Source: Macrotis lagotis
Taxonomy: Eukaryota
Reading direction: 5' to 3'
Assembly: GCF_037893015.1 (NCBI RefSeq)
Contig: NC_133661.1
Coordinates: 187,194,809-187,258,808 of the forward strand
DNA: 64,000 nt
The translations under genes and the position numbers were made by a program. A model generated the notes under the pieces. That model worked only from the letters and a program-made list of their open reading frames with translations. It was not told where the DNA came from and did no database searches. How positions within the stretch are numbered: position 1 is the stretch's first letter; each line of letters begins with the position of its first letter. Positions 1 to 13,880 of the stretch are shown piece after piece.

Positions 1-1789
1 TTTTAACCTTGGATTTTTGCTGCTAACAATATTTGGGCTGGATTGGGGGAGACTTGAGTGAAAACATTGGAGCCAGGGTTTCACTGGGCCTGGGAGATAG
101 GAGCCCTTGGAAGGGTCTTGCTCCAATACTTTGACTGGCACAGAACTTTTTAATCAGTGAGACTAGAAATGCATATTGTATGTGGGGTTTTGTTTTAAGT
201 AAAAGACATAATGGCTGAGAAACAGACTAGATTCTTAATGCCACTTCATTGATTAATGTGAAATATCTGGTGATATATGAGAAGTATGATGATTTGAGTG
301 GTTCTTATTAGCTGTTCTAGTTTTCAGGACTGGGACAGCTTTTCCCTTAAAATGAAATTTCTGGTGTGTTTTTTTTTATAGTAATTTTTGCCAAGAAAAG
401 TATAGATGGGGGTGGGGAGGGCTGGGGGAGTGCATCCTATGCTAATAGAAAGATTAATGAACTTAATTAAAATGTCATGGCTTATCTAATGGCTTTTCTA
501 CCCGAGTCAAATGTTGGCAGCTCTTAATGCTCTTTTTTGCAAACACCTACCCTCTTTTAAATATGGGTTAGTTTATCTTGCCGTTAGTGCTTATGGTGAG
601 AGGAAAGGGAGGAATGAGGCTTTGTTCCTTTAAGAAGAAACCACGTGGCCTCTGAATTCTCTAGCAGGTCTGCAGGCAGTAGAGCTGCCTCCTCAGATCT
701 CTATCAAAATTATGATAGTGCTGAGTAAGTAATTCTATTTATGCATTTATATATATACTTAGCATTTATTGGGGTATGTAACTGAAACATAGTATGCAAA
801 GTCGTTTTCGTTTTATCAGTGCAAGGTTTGGTGATCTGTTTTTCTCTTAGCAAACAGATCTCTTCAGGTGGAGGCTGAAATAGATCCTACAGTAATTGTT
901 TTCCTCTATAAAACTATCTACTTTATTTAAGTGAATTTAGGTTGAATATTGCTAATCTAGAATGAGAAAAACAGATGGATGGAGAAAGCTTCTCATGTTA
1001 AACCCGTTGATATGCCCTTGATTTCAATTTTATCTTTAGTGGAGAAACAACCTAGTTCCTGGGAACTAGTTTCTGCCATGATGAGCTGCATGTTCAGTCC
1101 GTGTTTCACATGATCACTGATTATACACATGTTCTGAGCAGAGTCCACAGGAAGATTTTGAGAGTGGGATGGGTATGGGGAGAGAGCCATTAACCAAGTT
1201 ATTAATTTTTTTTAATTATTAAAAACCCCTCCTATATATTTTTCTAACTTTCCATTACTAAATATAAATTTTAAGTATCAAAGCCAATGTTGGGGTATCT
1301 GGAGGACAGGAGATAACAGTAAACCATGTCCCTGATTTTCCCAACTAGAATTGACTCACTATGGTTCAAACCCTAGAATTGCTCTTGGCCATATTAAACT
1401 GTAAGTATAACAGCAGTTCAAGTTCATGTGACCAGTTCTGGAAAGCAATCAATAATTTTCTTCTGCTTTCAACTTTTAGGTTGAAGATGAATTTGGCTTT
1501 TGCTGGTAAGGGGCCTTGTCAGAGGAGGAGGCATGACTCTGGGCAAAGCTGGGAGGCAGAAGTCCAGCACCAGAAAAAGAAAACTTCCCTGTCTCTGGTC
1601 CACACCTGGCCCAGGTAACCAAGAAGGAGCTCAGCATGGGAATGGCTGAAGCTCTGATTTAGGTGAGTTCTAAGATATTTGTTTATATTCTTTTAACTGA
1701 CTAACTTGTATAAATGTCCATCTCCTTATTAGGATAATAAATACTTGCTAGCTAGGAGATCTTTGTTGAATAGAATTTTTTTAACTACC

Positions 1790-1910
1790 TTGGTTTCCTC
1801 ATCTGTAAAATGGGGGGTAATAGCATCTTCCTCCCAGAGTGGTGACTATAAAATGAAATGATTAGTGCTTACTTAGCACAGTGTCTGGAACATGCTACAT
1901 AAATGTTGTC
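1790..1910. repeat. MIR/THER-type SINE fragment.
   Basis: ttcctcatctgtaaaatgggg core. Confidence 0.6.
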
Positions 1911-4189
1911 TATTAATACTTTCACACTGCTGACTCAGGTTGAGCTTTCTCAGTATCTGGGCTAACCATGTCTCTCCCATCCTGTATTATTTTTTTTTTG
2001 CCCATATGCAAATCTTCACATTTATTCCTAGTAAATGTCATCTTATTCGATCAGTCCTGTGATCTAAACTGATTCTCTTCCACAATGTTAGCTCTCCTAG
2101 ATTTTTGTCATTATCAGGTTTGCATGAACAAATTGTATTAAGTAATATAGACCCTATTGGGGAGACCTCCTGCCATGTTGATGGGAACCATTTGAGTCTA
2201 TCTCATTCTATCTTAGGCTATACCTCTCCATCAAAAGAATGGGAAATAACATCTCCCAAAACTTGGCCAAAATCTAGGTATTGTCTAATATTGTCTAATA
2301 ATCCTGTCTAAAGAGAAGATTGAATTTAGGCTAGCATGAGTAGTTCTTGATGAAACCATGCTGCCTATTTGTAATCTTCTCTTTCTAGATGGCTACCAGT
2401 GGGGATATTCTTGAGTTTGGCCTTAAAAATAATAATTAAATTTAATATGTCTTAACCTTCAGAGTTTATCTTAATAAGGGACAAATATTAATCTCCAGAG
2501 TTTTACCTCAATCAAGCAAGAGCAAAATTAAATTAGATTAGTTTATTGAGCTTGCTGGTTATACTAGGTGTTCATGGCATGGCGGGGAGGGTTTGTGATT
2601 AGAGAACCAAACCCCCAAGGAAAGGCATGGAACTGTCTCCTAAATACTTTCCACTATCAGAAGGATCTGAAAAGCTACTTCTCCATCCAGGAAGGGAGTA
2701 AATTTCCAATTAGGTTGGGGCTGAATATCAGACACACCTTCTAGGAAGTATAATCTGGAGGACATTCCAGGAGGGTTGTCTGCTCCCAAACTCAGGATCT
2801 TTTGACTTACCACAGACGTGATCTTTCCCACCTGGATGGTACACCCAGTAACCCTTAAAGGAGAATAGAGGTCACCACCCATCCATCCATTTGTTATTGA
2901 ATCAATCAATCTTGAATACATTGCCTTTAGCTGGGGATAGATATAGAGACAAAAGGTAGTCTCTGCCCTAAAGGAGCTTGGGATCTTTTTTTCCTAAGAA
3001 GTGAATGTATTTTTAAATTTCATTCAATAAATGCCCTAATTCTCAATCCCTTCCCATTAGTCTTTATCAGGATTCTTTATCCTTTCATTCTCACTTTTCC
3101 TTTTAAATGTTGTATATTTTGTTCTTCTGGTTTTGCTTTCTTCCTTAAAGAAAATTTTTTTATTTAACCATCCCCTTTCTTATTTAAGCATTTTAGATTC
3201 TTTTGCAGTCCCATATAATGTTGCTATGGAAATACCTGACTAGAACTTAGAAGGACAAGGAGCCCCAGAAATTGAAGGATAGTATACCTAGTTGAGAGAT
3301 ATTTTTCATTTTTAATATTTAACAGAATTTAGTTGGAAAGAGGCACTTGCCTGACATGATAGACACTTAATAATGTTGATTGGAATGATTAAAACATCTT
3401 GTATCCCTGACCCCAACCTTTGGATTAGCAAAACTGAAGGAAAGTATTGAAATCTTTAGTGAAGGGTAACATACTTGAATACTGTATTTTTATGATTTAA
3501 ATAAGGGTGTGGTGCAGTGAATTCTAAATATATCTATCTGTACAGTCTCATTTCCATATATTTGATCTCATTTCCTAGAATCTTGAGAGAGCTGCCACCA
3601 GTTTTAATGTGAATGACCTTGAGGCATATGCTGTACTTCTGTCTGAGGTGAATTCAAAGGAAGTTTCTGCCTTCCCCTTGGATTGATCATCATCTGGCTC
3701 AGTGGGGGAGGGGAGGGAGCACTCAGTATACCTGACTACCTTGTAAGTAGCTTGGGGGAAGTGCTCTGTTTCACAATCATCTTTCCTCCAGCTTGGGGCT
3801 TTACACACTTTGTTGAATTGAATAAGGAAGTGATAGATTTGGATGAGAATTTTTTGTTTTGTTTTTCATTTCTGAAACTAAAGAGCTTGTTTTGATGGGA
3901 TACCCCTAGAAGAGCAATAATAGTTATCTGTCTCATACTTTAAAGTGTCTGCCGTGATGAAATGCATTTTCAGTCCGTGTTTCAGCTGATAACCCTGATT
4001 GCATGCATACTCTGAGCAGACTAGAGCCAGAGGTGAATATTTTAGAAAAGGAGATTGGTTTGGTTATACAAATTTTTAATATCTTATTGAAGATTTGATT
4101 GGTAACAACTTTTCTTCTGAAAGAAGACATTTGTCCCTTTTATGAATGAATGAATGAATGACATTTTGAAATGTTTCTTCTTTAAGTTA

Positions 4190-4335
4190 GGTGGCTAGGT
4201 GGCGCAGTGGATAGAGCACTGGCCTTGGAGTCAGGAGTACCTGAGTTCAAATCCGGCCTCAGACACTTAAATTACCTAGCCCTGTGGCCTTTGGCAAGCC
4301 ACTTAATCCCATCACCTTGCAAAAAAAAAAAAAAA
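4190..4335 (+). mobile_element. tRNA-derived poly-A SINE (SINE1_Mdo/MAR1-like).
   Basis: tRNA-like head with A box (tggcgcagtggatagag) and B box (gagttcaaatccgg), a conserved body (cagacacttaa..tacctag..gtggcc..gggcaagccacttaa), and a poly-A tail. Confidence 0.85.
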
Positions 4336-6959
4336 GTAGTACTCTTGATCATTGCATAGAAGGAAGAAGTGAATGAGTGAAAAAAACATTAAATGCTAAA
4401 GGAACATGATCTTGACAAATATTAATCTTCATGAACCTTTTCATAGCCATGTGATTGTGTTAATTAATGTATTTAGTGTTTCATTGACACTCCAATGTAA
4501 TCTCCAGTTGCCATTCAATTTTCTTTTCTAATAGAGTATGAGCCCTTTAAAGGAGGCTTGATTAGTTTTACCTCATGTATTTTTGTGGGGGAAATCAAAG
4601 TGCAATAAGAAGTGAAAGTGGTCTCATATATTCTTAGAGGAAAATGGAGAATCACCATACTAACATTTGGATGGTTTTTTTTAAATAGCTTGGTCTTTTC
4701 TTTTACAGAGAAGAGACTGAAGCTGTAACCAAATTCATTTTGTCCCCTGGAATGGTTAATGGTAGAAGCCATGATTGAAAGTCAAGTTTAAAAAGGATCG
4801 AGCAAAGAAGTTTAGTGGCACTGGATCTCAGGTACCTCCTCACCTACAATGAGAATCAAATCCTCGATACATTCTATTACAAAGTTGGACTTGGGAGAAT
4901 TTTTCTATCCAGAAAGTGAGCGTTACAAAAACTTTGTTGGCAGTCATTGTAAAGTACTTCATAATAATGCAAATTTGGTAGCCTAAACACAAACTATGAT
5001 TTTTAGTTTTGAAATGGACTGAAGTTTTTCAAAGTTGTCTTTACAATGTTATTCTATAAATGGTTCTTACTTCACTCTGCATCAGTTTATAGCAGCCCAC
5101 CCATATTTCTATAAAATCATTCTTTGCACTATCATATTCTATAACTATTGAGCCATTCTCCAATTGATAAGCACTTCCTATTTTCTAGAGCTTTTCTCTA
5201 AACTAAATATTTCTTTTTCCTGAATTTCTTTGTAGTACAAATCCACAAATAGTACTGTGTATCCCCTAGTATTTTCTATAACACATAAATACTCATTACA
5301 TTCATATATTGTACAATTTTCTTGGTCCCTCTTCAATTGATGAACACAGCCTTAATTTGTGGTTCTTTGTCCATATAAAAAATTATTTGAAGAAAAAAAA
5401 TTTAGATGTTATAATTATGAGCTATATATTATGAATTTCTTTCTGTTTATCTCTTTAGGGACATAAATGGACCTATTAATAGTATGTACTGGGATGTTTT
5501 AGTAATTTGGGGGGTATGGATTCAAATCATTTTCCAGATAAGGTGGACCAACTTACAGCTATTGTAGTGTATTAAGTAGTGTGCCATTCAGATGGTGTGG
5601 TTTACTTTGTTTTCTCTAATAGTGATTTAGAGCATTTTTTTTTATATGGCTCGTGTTAGTGTGGACTTGCTCTTTGAAAACAATAGATCCTTATTTTTTT
5701 AAAGTTTACTATATTCTTAAGAAGATAGTTTTATTGAGATCCAGATGGCTGTTCCTCTCATTGCTTTGAGGTTCATCAGTGGGGTTTTAGGCCATCACAG
5801 ATCAAATTTGGTCTTTCTTCACTCAGGGCACCATTGGATGGATTGGCCATCTGTTAGTGCTTTCTGAATTTTGCGGGACCAGACATTTATAGGGCTAGCC
5901 TGATCTAACAACACAAGATACTACTGCTTATAAAATGAGGCAGTTGTAAGTTTTCAAATAAGAGGTAACTTGGATCTTAATCCTAAGGGTAGGACAAGGA
6001 ACTAGACTGAATTGAACCTCACAGTTAAAACAATTATGATATGCTTTGTTTTATATTTATGTAACTGGAACTATGTACTTATGTGAATTTAATTATTTGA
6101 AACTTTATTTTTAATTTTTTTTCCTTTTCAGAATGAAGATAGCAGATTCTTCAGTACCAAAAATGGATGAATCATTTTATGTAGAAACCCAATAAAATTC
6201 CTTAATTTAATATTTGCCTAAATATGACAACTTGTATTTAAGGAGTTTATTACTACATGTTTAACCGGGAGAGTAGGTAGCATTTAACTCCCAGAAGTAA
6301 CAAGAGTGAAGATAACAAAGGAGAATAAAACATTGAGGCTTGTGAGCTACAATCTCACTGTAACTTTCAAATAGAAGGTGTAAAGCAGCATCAGCAAGAG
6401 GTGAGATGGAGAAAGACAAATGAATATAGGGTTTAAAGAAAGCTGAGAGAAAGAATGTAGTGTCTTAAGAATGAGGTAAGATACTGTATCAATCAGGAGG
6501 AGAAAAAATGGAGTCTATAGAGGATGGCAAGGAGATTGGAAATCGTGCCATACATCTAATTCTTTACTATCTCATTCTCAACCAATATCATCATCATCTT
6601 CATCCTTGTTTTTCCTTGCCTGAAATATTTACATTTCCTAATTGGTTTCCCTGCCTCTTTCTCTCCATATAGCTGCCAAAATATCTTCCGGAAATACAAA
6701 TTTTGCTTAGTCATTCTCATCAAGGAACCACTGGTTCTTACACTGGAGAATCATATCCTTTCTTCCCCTTGCTATCCTTTTGGATTGATTCTGGTTTGGG
6801 ATTTAGTTTTTCATTTGTATCTCTTTAGGGAGTAAGAAATCTAGCTATCAAGATTACCTGTCAGATCTATGGAAAAGGAAGCAGTTTATAACCAAGGAAG
6901 AGATGGAGCACATTAGAAACAAACTAAATAATTTTGATTACATTAAATTAAAAAGCTTT

Positions 6960-7500
6960 TGCACACGGCAATTTACAGATGAGATCAAAGCCATCCATAG
7001 TCATATGAAAAATTGCTCTAAATCATTACTTATTACAGAAATGCAAATTAAAGCTTCTCTGAGGTAGCACCTCACACCTCTCAGACTGGCCAATATGACC
7101 AGAAAGGATAATCATTGTTGGAGTTGTGAACTCATCCAACCTTTCTGGAGAGAAATTTGGAACTACACCCAAAGGGGCAGCAAAAATGTACATACCCTTT
7201 GATCCAGCAATATCACTCACTACTCTGAAGAGACAATGAAAAAGGGTAAAAACATCACTTGTACAAAAATATTCATAGCAGCCCTGTTTGTGGTGGCAAA
7301 GAACTGGAAATTAAGTAAATGTCCTTCAATTGGGGAATGGCTTGGCAAGCTGTGGTATATGTATATGTATATTTTGGGCTGTTTGCGATGGAGAATACCA
7401 TCTATATCCAGAGAAAGAATTGTGGAATTTGAACAAAGACAATCACTTTTAATTTTAAAAAAGGTATCTTACATAATTTTGCTAGCTCTTATATTTTATT
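6960..7500 (+). mobile_element. L1 3'-end fragment (ORF2 C-terminus / 3'UTR).
   Basis: ...gcagccctgtttgtggtggcaaagaactggaaattaagtaaatgtccttcaattggggaatggcttggcaagctgtggtatatgtat is homologous to the conserved L1 3' segment (aactggaaccaacccaaatgtccatca...aatgtggtacatatacaccatggaata). Confidence 0.6.
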
Positions 7501-9632
7501 TTTTCCTTAAGAATATTTCTCTCAATTTTGATCAGTGTATAGCCTGGAAACAATATAAAGCCTCTCAGACTGACTTCTGTGAGGGTTGGGGGGAGGGAAG
7601 CAAGATTGGGGGGTATAAATTGTAAAATTTAAAAAAAAAATAGAGAAATCTATCATTTATTTGGTGTCTACTGTGTGTCACACTATTCTAGGCACTGGGA
7701 ATACAAAAAGAAGTAATAGACTGTCCTTGTCCTCTAAGAGCTCACAGTCTTAACAGCTGACAATAGGCCAACAAATATGTACAAAGAGTATACAGGACAA
7801 ATTGGAAGTGATTAAAAGGAGGTAGGATTTTAGATGCCACTTTACACAAGCCAGGGAAACCAGCAGATAGAGATAAGGAAGAGAATGTTACAGGCCTGGG
7901 GATGGTGGAAAAAAATGCCTGGAGCTGAGAGATGGAGGATCTTGTTCATGGAACATTAGTATAATTGGATCAAAGCATGTGGAGAGGAGGGAGGGTGTTA
8001 GGTTGTGGAGGGCTATGAACTCCAAAGAATGTATTATATTTGATCCTGGAATGATGTATTTGGGCCTGCATTTTAGGAAAATTACTTTGGAGGATGGATT
8101 AGTGTGGGAAGAGGAAATGAGAGAAGCAAATCCACCAGCAGACTATTAACATTCCAAGGGTGAGGGGATAAATGTCTGCTCTAGAGTAGGGGCAGGATCA
8201 GAGGAGAGTAAGGCATATATTTGAGAGATATGCCACAGTTGAAATCTAGGTTTTCTCAACAGATTGGCTATGTGGGGTGAAAGTTAGTGAGAAATCAAAA
8301 GATGATACCCAGCTTAGGAGCCTGAGGAACTGGGAGAATGGTGTTGTCTTGACAATAATAGGGGGAATGTCTACTGCACAATATCCAGTTCTAGATATCT
8401 GAAAGGAAGTTAGAAATGTAAGCTTAGAAGTCAGGTCATTAGGGCAGGATAGGTAGATTTGAGAATCTTTAGCATAGAAATGATCATTCAATCCTTGGAA
8501 GCTGATAGGATCATCAATAGAGAGGGAACAATAGTATAAAGGGAGAAGAGGGCCATGAATTGACTTGAAATGACAATGATCATCCAGCATTTAGAATGTA
8601 GATGAGAATCTTGCAAAGGATATAGCTAATGAAGGTTCTAGTAGCTATGAGGAGACCAACAAAAGAAAAGAGAATATCCAGGGGAAGGTCAACAACATCA
8701 AAGACTAGAGAAATTGAAAAGAATAAGGAATGAGAAAAGGCTGTGGGATTTGATAATTAAGAAATCCTTGGTAACTTTGGATAGAATAGTTTTGGTAGAA
8801 CAAAGAAAATGGAAACCAGATTGTAGGGTGTTAAGTAGAGAGTGAGAGTAGAGAAAGTGGAGGCACCTATTAACCTTTTCAGAAGATGTAAAGGGGGGGG
8901 ATGAATATATGAGAGATGAAAGAAGGGAGAAGAGGCAATTCATGGCAGATGGCCTCAATTTTTTCTGAAATACTTGAGGCAAGGATCTCAGCTGAGAAAA
9001 TAGGATGAGGGGGTGAGGAGCATAGGAAATTTGAGAATTAAGAAAATCAACATATCTCCAACTTTACCCAATCCTGGAATTTCTTTGTCTTCTTCAATCA
9101 TTGTGGCCTGCCTTTTGCCTTGCAGTGAATAGTATTCATGAGAAAATTGTTTTTCTCTGTCTTAAGCAACAGTGCTTGAGCTTCCCTGAAGGTCTGACAA
9201 TCTCACTGGTATTTTATTCACAGCTAGGAAGTTGGCACATTCTGGGGACCTCAACAAAGTCAAAGAAATATTTCAGAAGTGTGTGACCTATCAATCAGGA
9301 AAGTATCTCTTCTTTTAGTTAAGGTGTTACATTCTTAGTCAAGTAGGAATTATCAGCTTAATCTGTCTAAAGTTGATTAAAGAGGCCACAAAATTCAAGT
9401 ATGTGATAGAGTGATGCATTATTTGAGAAAGCAAGGGGGGAAGGAAACTTCTAATGTCTGAGAATATCTGTCTAGAGATCAGAGACTTCTTTATTCCCAA
9501 TTTTCCCTTACCCCAAATATGTATCCCAAGACTTACTGAAGTCCTTAGAAATACCTACTTAACAGGACAGAAAAATGGTAGCTCCCTGGGCTGTGCTAGG
9601 CTCAATGATTCATGTTCATAATTGGATCTTTT

Positions 9633-9782
9633 GGGGCAACTAGGTGGCGCAGTGAATAGAGTGCCAGCCCTGGAGTCAGGAGTACCCGAGTTCAAATCCG
9701 GCCTCAGACACTACCTAGTTGTGTGGCCTTGGGCAAGCCACTTAACCCCATTGCCTTGCAAAAAAAAAAAAAACTAAAAAAA
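9633..9782 (+). mobile_element. tRNA-derived poly-A SINE.
   Basis: Same family consensus. Poly-A tail. Confidence 0.85.
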
Positions 9783-12700
9783 ACCATAATTGAATCTTTT
9801 GCTGGTAATGATAAAAGAAATCTAAAATTAGAATAGGTTGCCTCTAAAAATAATCACAGGAAGTACTCAAGCAGAGACTACAAGACTTTGTTGGAAATTG
9901 GGTAGAAGAGAGTTATATGAATAGAACTAGATTACCTTTATAGACCTTTCCAAATAGGTTCTATAATCTGTTTCAGGGTGAAGAATCAAAGGAAGGGACA
10001 TTTACTCCCATTTTACCTCCCAAAGTACCATCTCAGCTGGAGCTCCTAGTCCAAGGAGTTGATAAGATGCTGGTCTTCCCTCTAAGTTCTCTCTTTCCTA
10101 TCCTTTTCCATCCCTCCAGAATCCTTGAATTCAAGTTTTATGGGATAGTATTACTAGGTAGTTCTATGCAGTATGTGGAACTTTAAAGAGATCCTTTGTA
10201 AGGAGGCAGAGTTGATTTATCAGAACTGCTGGAAATATTCATGGAGCTTCATCTATGAGACTGTTTTCCCCTTCTTATTTGAATTCCACAGAGTTTTTGA
10301 CAAAAAAAAAAAAGAATAATTGGGAAGACTGTGACAACTTTGAGAATGTCCCAGGGAAATATGATACTCTGCAGAAGGACAGATAAGTATTTCCTAACCT
10401 TACCTCTGGGGAAAAGCTGATCCATCTCACTGCCAGGAGAGCTAGCAAAATGGCCATGTATAATCAACATGCCTTAGATGGGGATGCCTTTTCCCCTGAG
10501 AATTAACAATTTCCAGAGTTCCAGAGCTCACCAATTTTCATGACTGATATCTGGTTAGTTATGGTTGTGAAAATGAGACAGAGTAGACAGGAGGAAAGAA
10601 CAGATCTCTCTTATGTCCTTGGAGGTTATAGGGTACTTTCATTTATTGCTTTACTGTACATTAGTAAAAGAGTGGTGTATGGAAAAGTAGTGGTCCAACT
10701 ATTTGTGCATTAGTAAAATTCCATCTGGAGTACTATGTTTAGTTCTGGCTACCATTTTTTTTAAGCAGAGGGAAATGTGACAGCGAATAGCAATCAGGAT
10801 AGTAAAGGCACTGAAAACAACCAAAGAGTAGAAGATACTTAGCTTGTAAAAGGATTTGGGACTTGAAACCTATCTTCAAGGATTTGAAAAAGCTGTTATT
10901 TGAAGAAGAAATAGATTTCTTCTTGTTTCTTTAGAGTGAGATGTAGAAAACAATGGGAAGAAGGTACAAAGACTTAATGGGAAGAATTCTTTTGTGAAGT
11001 AGGTAGAGGGGATAGAAAGGATAGAACTTGGGGTCCAATGTCAACTCACTGTGATCACTAAAATCTCTCACTCTCCCAGGCAATTCATTAAGACTTCTTT
11101 ACAAAGGACTTCTCCATCTACATGGGTTGAGGAAGTTCCTTAAAGAGGATTTCTTATGCCAATGAAATCACAGGTCTACAACAGAAAAAGAAGAAAGAAC
11201 TTTGAAATGATAAAAGAAATCTAAAATTGTAATGAGCTGCCTCTAAAAATAATTTTACCTTGACATGAAGTACTCAAGCAAAGACTACAGAGTTTGTTGG
11301 AAGTTAGGTAGAAGAGATTATATGAATAGAACTAGATTATCTTTATAGGCCTTTCCAAATAGGTTTTATAATTTGTTTCAGGGTGAAGAAGAATCAGAGG
11401 AAGGAAATTTGCTCCCATTTCACCTTCCAAAGTAGAGACTCAGTTGGAGCTTCCCAGTCAAGAGTTGATAGAGTTGATTCAACATTCAGATCATGGAAGA
11501 AATGATGGAGGAGATAAAGTATGATTTTAAAAAGCCCCAGTGGGTATGAATTCTTTCCCTAGGCATATCCCTAGGGGGATATTCTTTCTCCCCTATGAAT
11601 CTAGGTTAGACTTCCCTATTAGAAGTACTGAATCAGATGTAGCATAAGGAGGGGGTAGCTTGAGGGTTTCCTTTCAATGGGATAGATCAGAAATTTATTT
11701 AGGAAATCTGGTATTTGACTGGGCCTACAGGGAAGCTGACAGTGGCACAAATCAAGGCAGATTACCAATACTCAAGAAGAAAGAAGATTATATCCAGTCT
11801 GGTCAGAGCATTAAGACCCCAGTGGAAGCATGTGATAAATTCTATATCAGAATTCCACATGACTTTGGGTAAGGTTGTGCCTGGGCCACCACCATCATAA
11901 TGTCCCTTCAGTTTTCTGTTCTCTCTATCCCTGCCAAGAAACTTACCAGCAGAAGAAGAGTATTGGCATTCTCTTAGCCCTTGAGAGAAAAAGTCTTCCT
12001 TATATCCAAAGCTAGATATGAAGAATTTGGAAAGCTGGGGGTCCATGAAATGTGGTTTCTTGTTTAGGAATCTGTGTCTTTGTGACAGATCAGATCCCTA
12101 ATCTTCAGCTAAATTAGTTTCCGGTTTAGAAAGAATTGAATTTAGCTTTGTAAATACCAAGGGAACACTCCTTTCTTTGCAAGCAGATTCATTCCTTTTC
12201 ATTTTCTATAGCTGTAAAAGAAGTATAGCCATTCTCCTAATAGAACCTATTTTCATATATTGAAACAAAAATTCATAGGCATCTTATTTGTGAACACCAA
12301 TACTTGTGTACTGGTCCTAGGCTTCATGCTCCACCACAATCTGAACAGAGCAAAATTAATAGATAAGATGTAACTTTTAGATGTGAGAGATGTGTGAGTT
12401 GATGGATGTCCTACTTCCTTGATAGCCCCAGGATCCATTTCTTAACACTATATATCCTATGTCTTTAAGCCCTGGGAGACATTGAAATTGCCATCAAACT
12501 GGTGAAGATAGAGCTGAAGACCCCAGAGCACCCCCCACCCTGGACCAGCATTATAGAAACTTGCATTGTGCTCTTCAAAGTGATAAAAAGATTTCTTCTC
12601 TTTCTCCTATGAAACTGCTTCCTTTTCCTATTATCAATTATGATATTAGGCTCTAAAATCCATTAAGAAAAGAATCCATATTTTTATTATCTGCATGGCT

Positions 12701-13008
12701 TTAACTGAGTGGGGGCCTCTTTCTAAAATGAAGAGTATGTGTGAAACAATTGGAGGGGAAGCAGAGATGGTAAGTCAATAATCCTCAGAACTGTGGCAAG
12801 GCATCATTATCTTCCCTTTCCCCCTCAACCCCCATTGGGGGACTCATCAACAAGTGGATGCCACAGCTGTGTGGTTCCATCCAATCCAGCTTTTATTACC
12901 AGGAGCTTTGCCCCAAGCTGTCTAGCTGATGAGAGATGAAGATGTTGAAGGGAGGAGGTCAGACAGAGGACCAAGAAAGGAAGAAGGAAAGGGAGGGAGC
13001 TTTGTCAC

Positions 13009-13154
13009 CTTGTTCGAGGCTACTGTGAGTGCCACACAGTGACAGATGGTTCCAGAGTGGGCAGGAATGCTTGTCAACCTCACACTTTGAAGGTCCCACA
13101 CTTTTAGCATTCCATCCTGGTCCACAGATACCACGTGCTCCTCCTCCTCCATCC
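13009..13154 (-). CDS. Isolated WD40-repeat coding exon (GMEEEEHVVSVDQDGMLKVWDLQSVRLTSIPAHSGTICHCVALTVASNK). Gene not identified.
   Basis: WD40 signature H..V.SV..DG.LKVWDL. Frame opens after an in-frame TGA. Candidate acceptor ...ctggttttgaag| at 13155. Donor AACAAG|GTGACA at 13007-13008. Confidence 0.5.
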
Positions 13155-13399
13155 CTTCAAAACCAGTTATGTTGAGGGCAGGTAAGTGTGGACTTCGTCA
13201 TAACTTGTCTCATCATCCATACACTCTTTGCAGAAGAAGGGCAAGAATTAGCTATTAAGTTTAAGTGATCTGGAATAGGTAAACAAGCCTAGAGAGGTAG
13301 TTAAGTGGGAACACTATAACAATTTAATAATAAGCTCCAATTGTATCACTCTTCATTTCTGACAGCATCCATTCCCTTTCTTACCAAACCCTTGGCCCC

Positions 13400-13880
13400 T
13401 ACACCTCTGTATCCTATCCAAAGCAGCTCATTGTCCATTGGATTGTGAACTCCTAGAGTATAGGGAGGGTCTTTTGCTTTTCAGTATTTCCACATCTTAG
13501 CCCAGGTTCTTGTACATAGTAGATGTTTAATAAATGCTCATTAAATAACTAACCAATATCCTTGATACTGCTTCTTTATTGTTTCTTGGGCAAGATGTTC
13601 CAACTTCCAACTCTAGATATTCTTCAATGAATGTCCCCCTTGTCTGGAATTCTCTCCCTCTTTATTTTAATTTTCACCTTCCTTCTAGTCTCAGCTATAA
13701 TCTTACTTCTACAAAAAGTCTTTCCTAATCCTTGTTAATGTTAGTGCCTTTCCTGGGTTGATTTTTCCCCCTTTTCTTTTGCCGATATCTTCTTTATACG
13801 TACTTGTTTGCATGCTGTCTCCGCCACTGGACTGCAAGTTCCTTGAGGGTATCTCTTATTAGATTGGTCCTGTAGTATCT
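13400..13880. repeat. Cluster of MIR 3'-end-type repeats (ctccttgagg...catagtag...aataaatgct).
   Basis: Two copies carrying the MIR tail consensus gcacatagtaggcgcttaataaatg-like. Confidence 0.55.

Noticed and set aside
4190-4260. tRNA genes (tRNA-like A/B boxes recurring about 30 times)
   Set aside because: Each instance is the 5' head of a SINE, with a conserved non-tRNA body and a poly-A tail. There is no intact cloverleaf or acceptor stem, so these are not tRNA genes.
12440-12580. Possible terminal exon of the WD40 gene
   Set aside because: There is a good acceptor, but both usable frames terminate quickly (STMQVSIMLVQGGGCSGVFSSIFTSLMAISMSPRA* or ...GVLWGLQLYLHQFDGNFNVSQGLKT*). The phase-0 continuation from the WD40 exon gives the less protein-like peptide, so it is left as a note under the WD40 finding.
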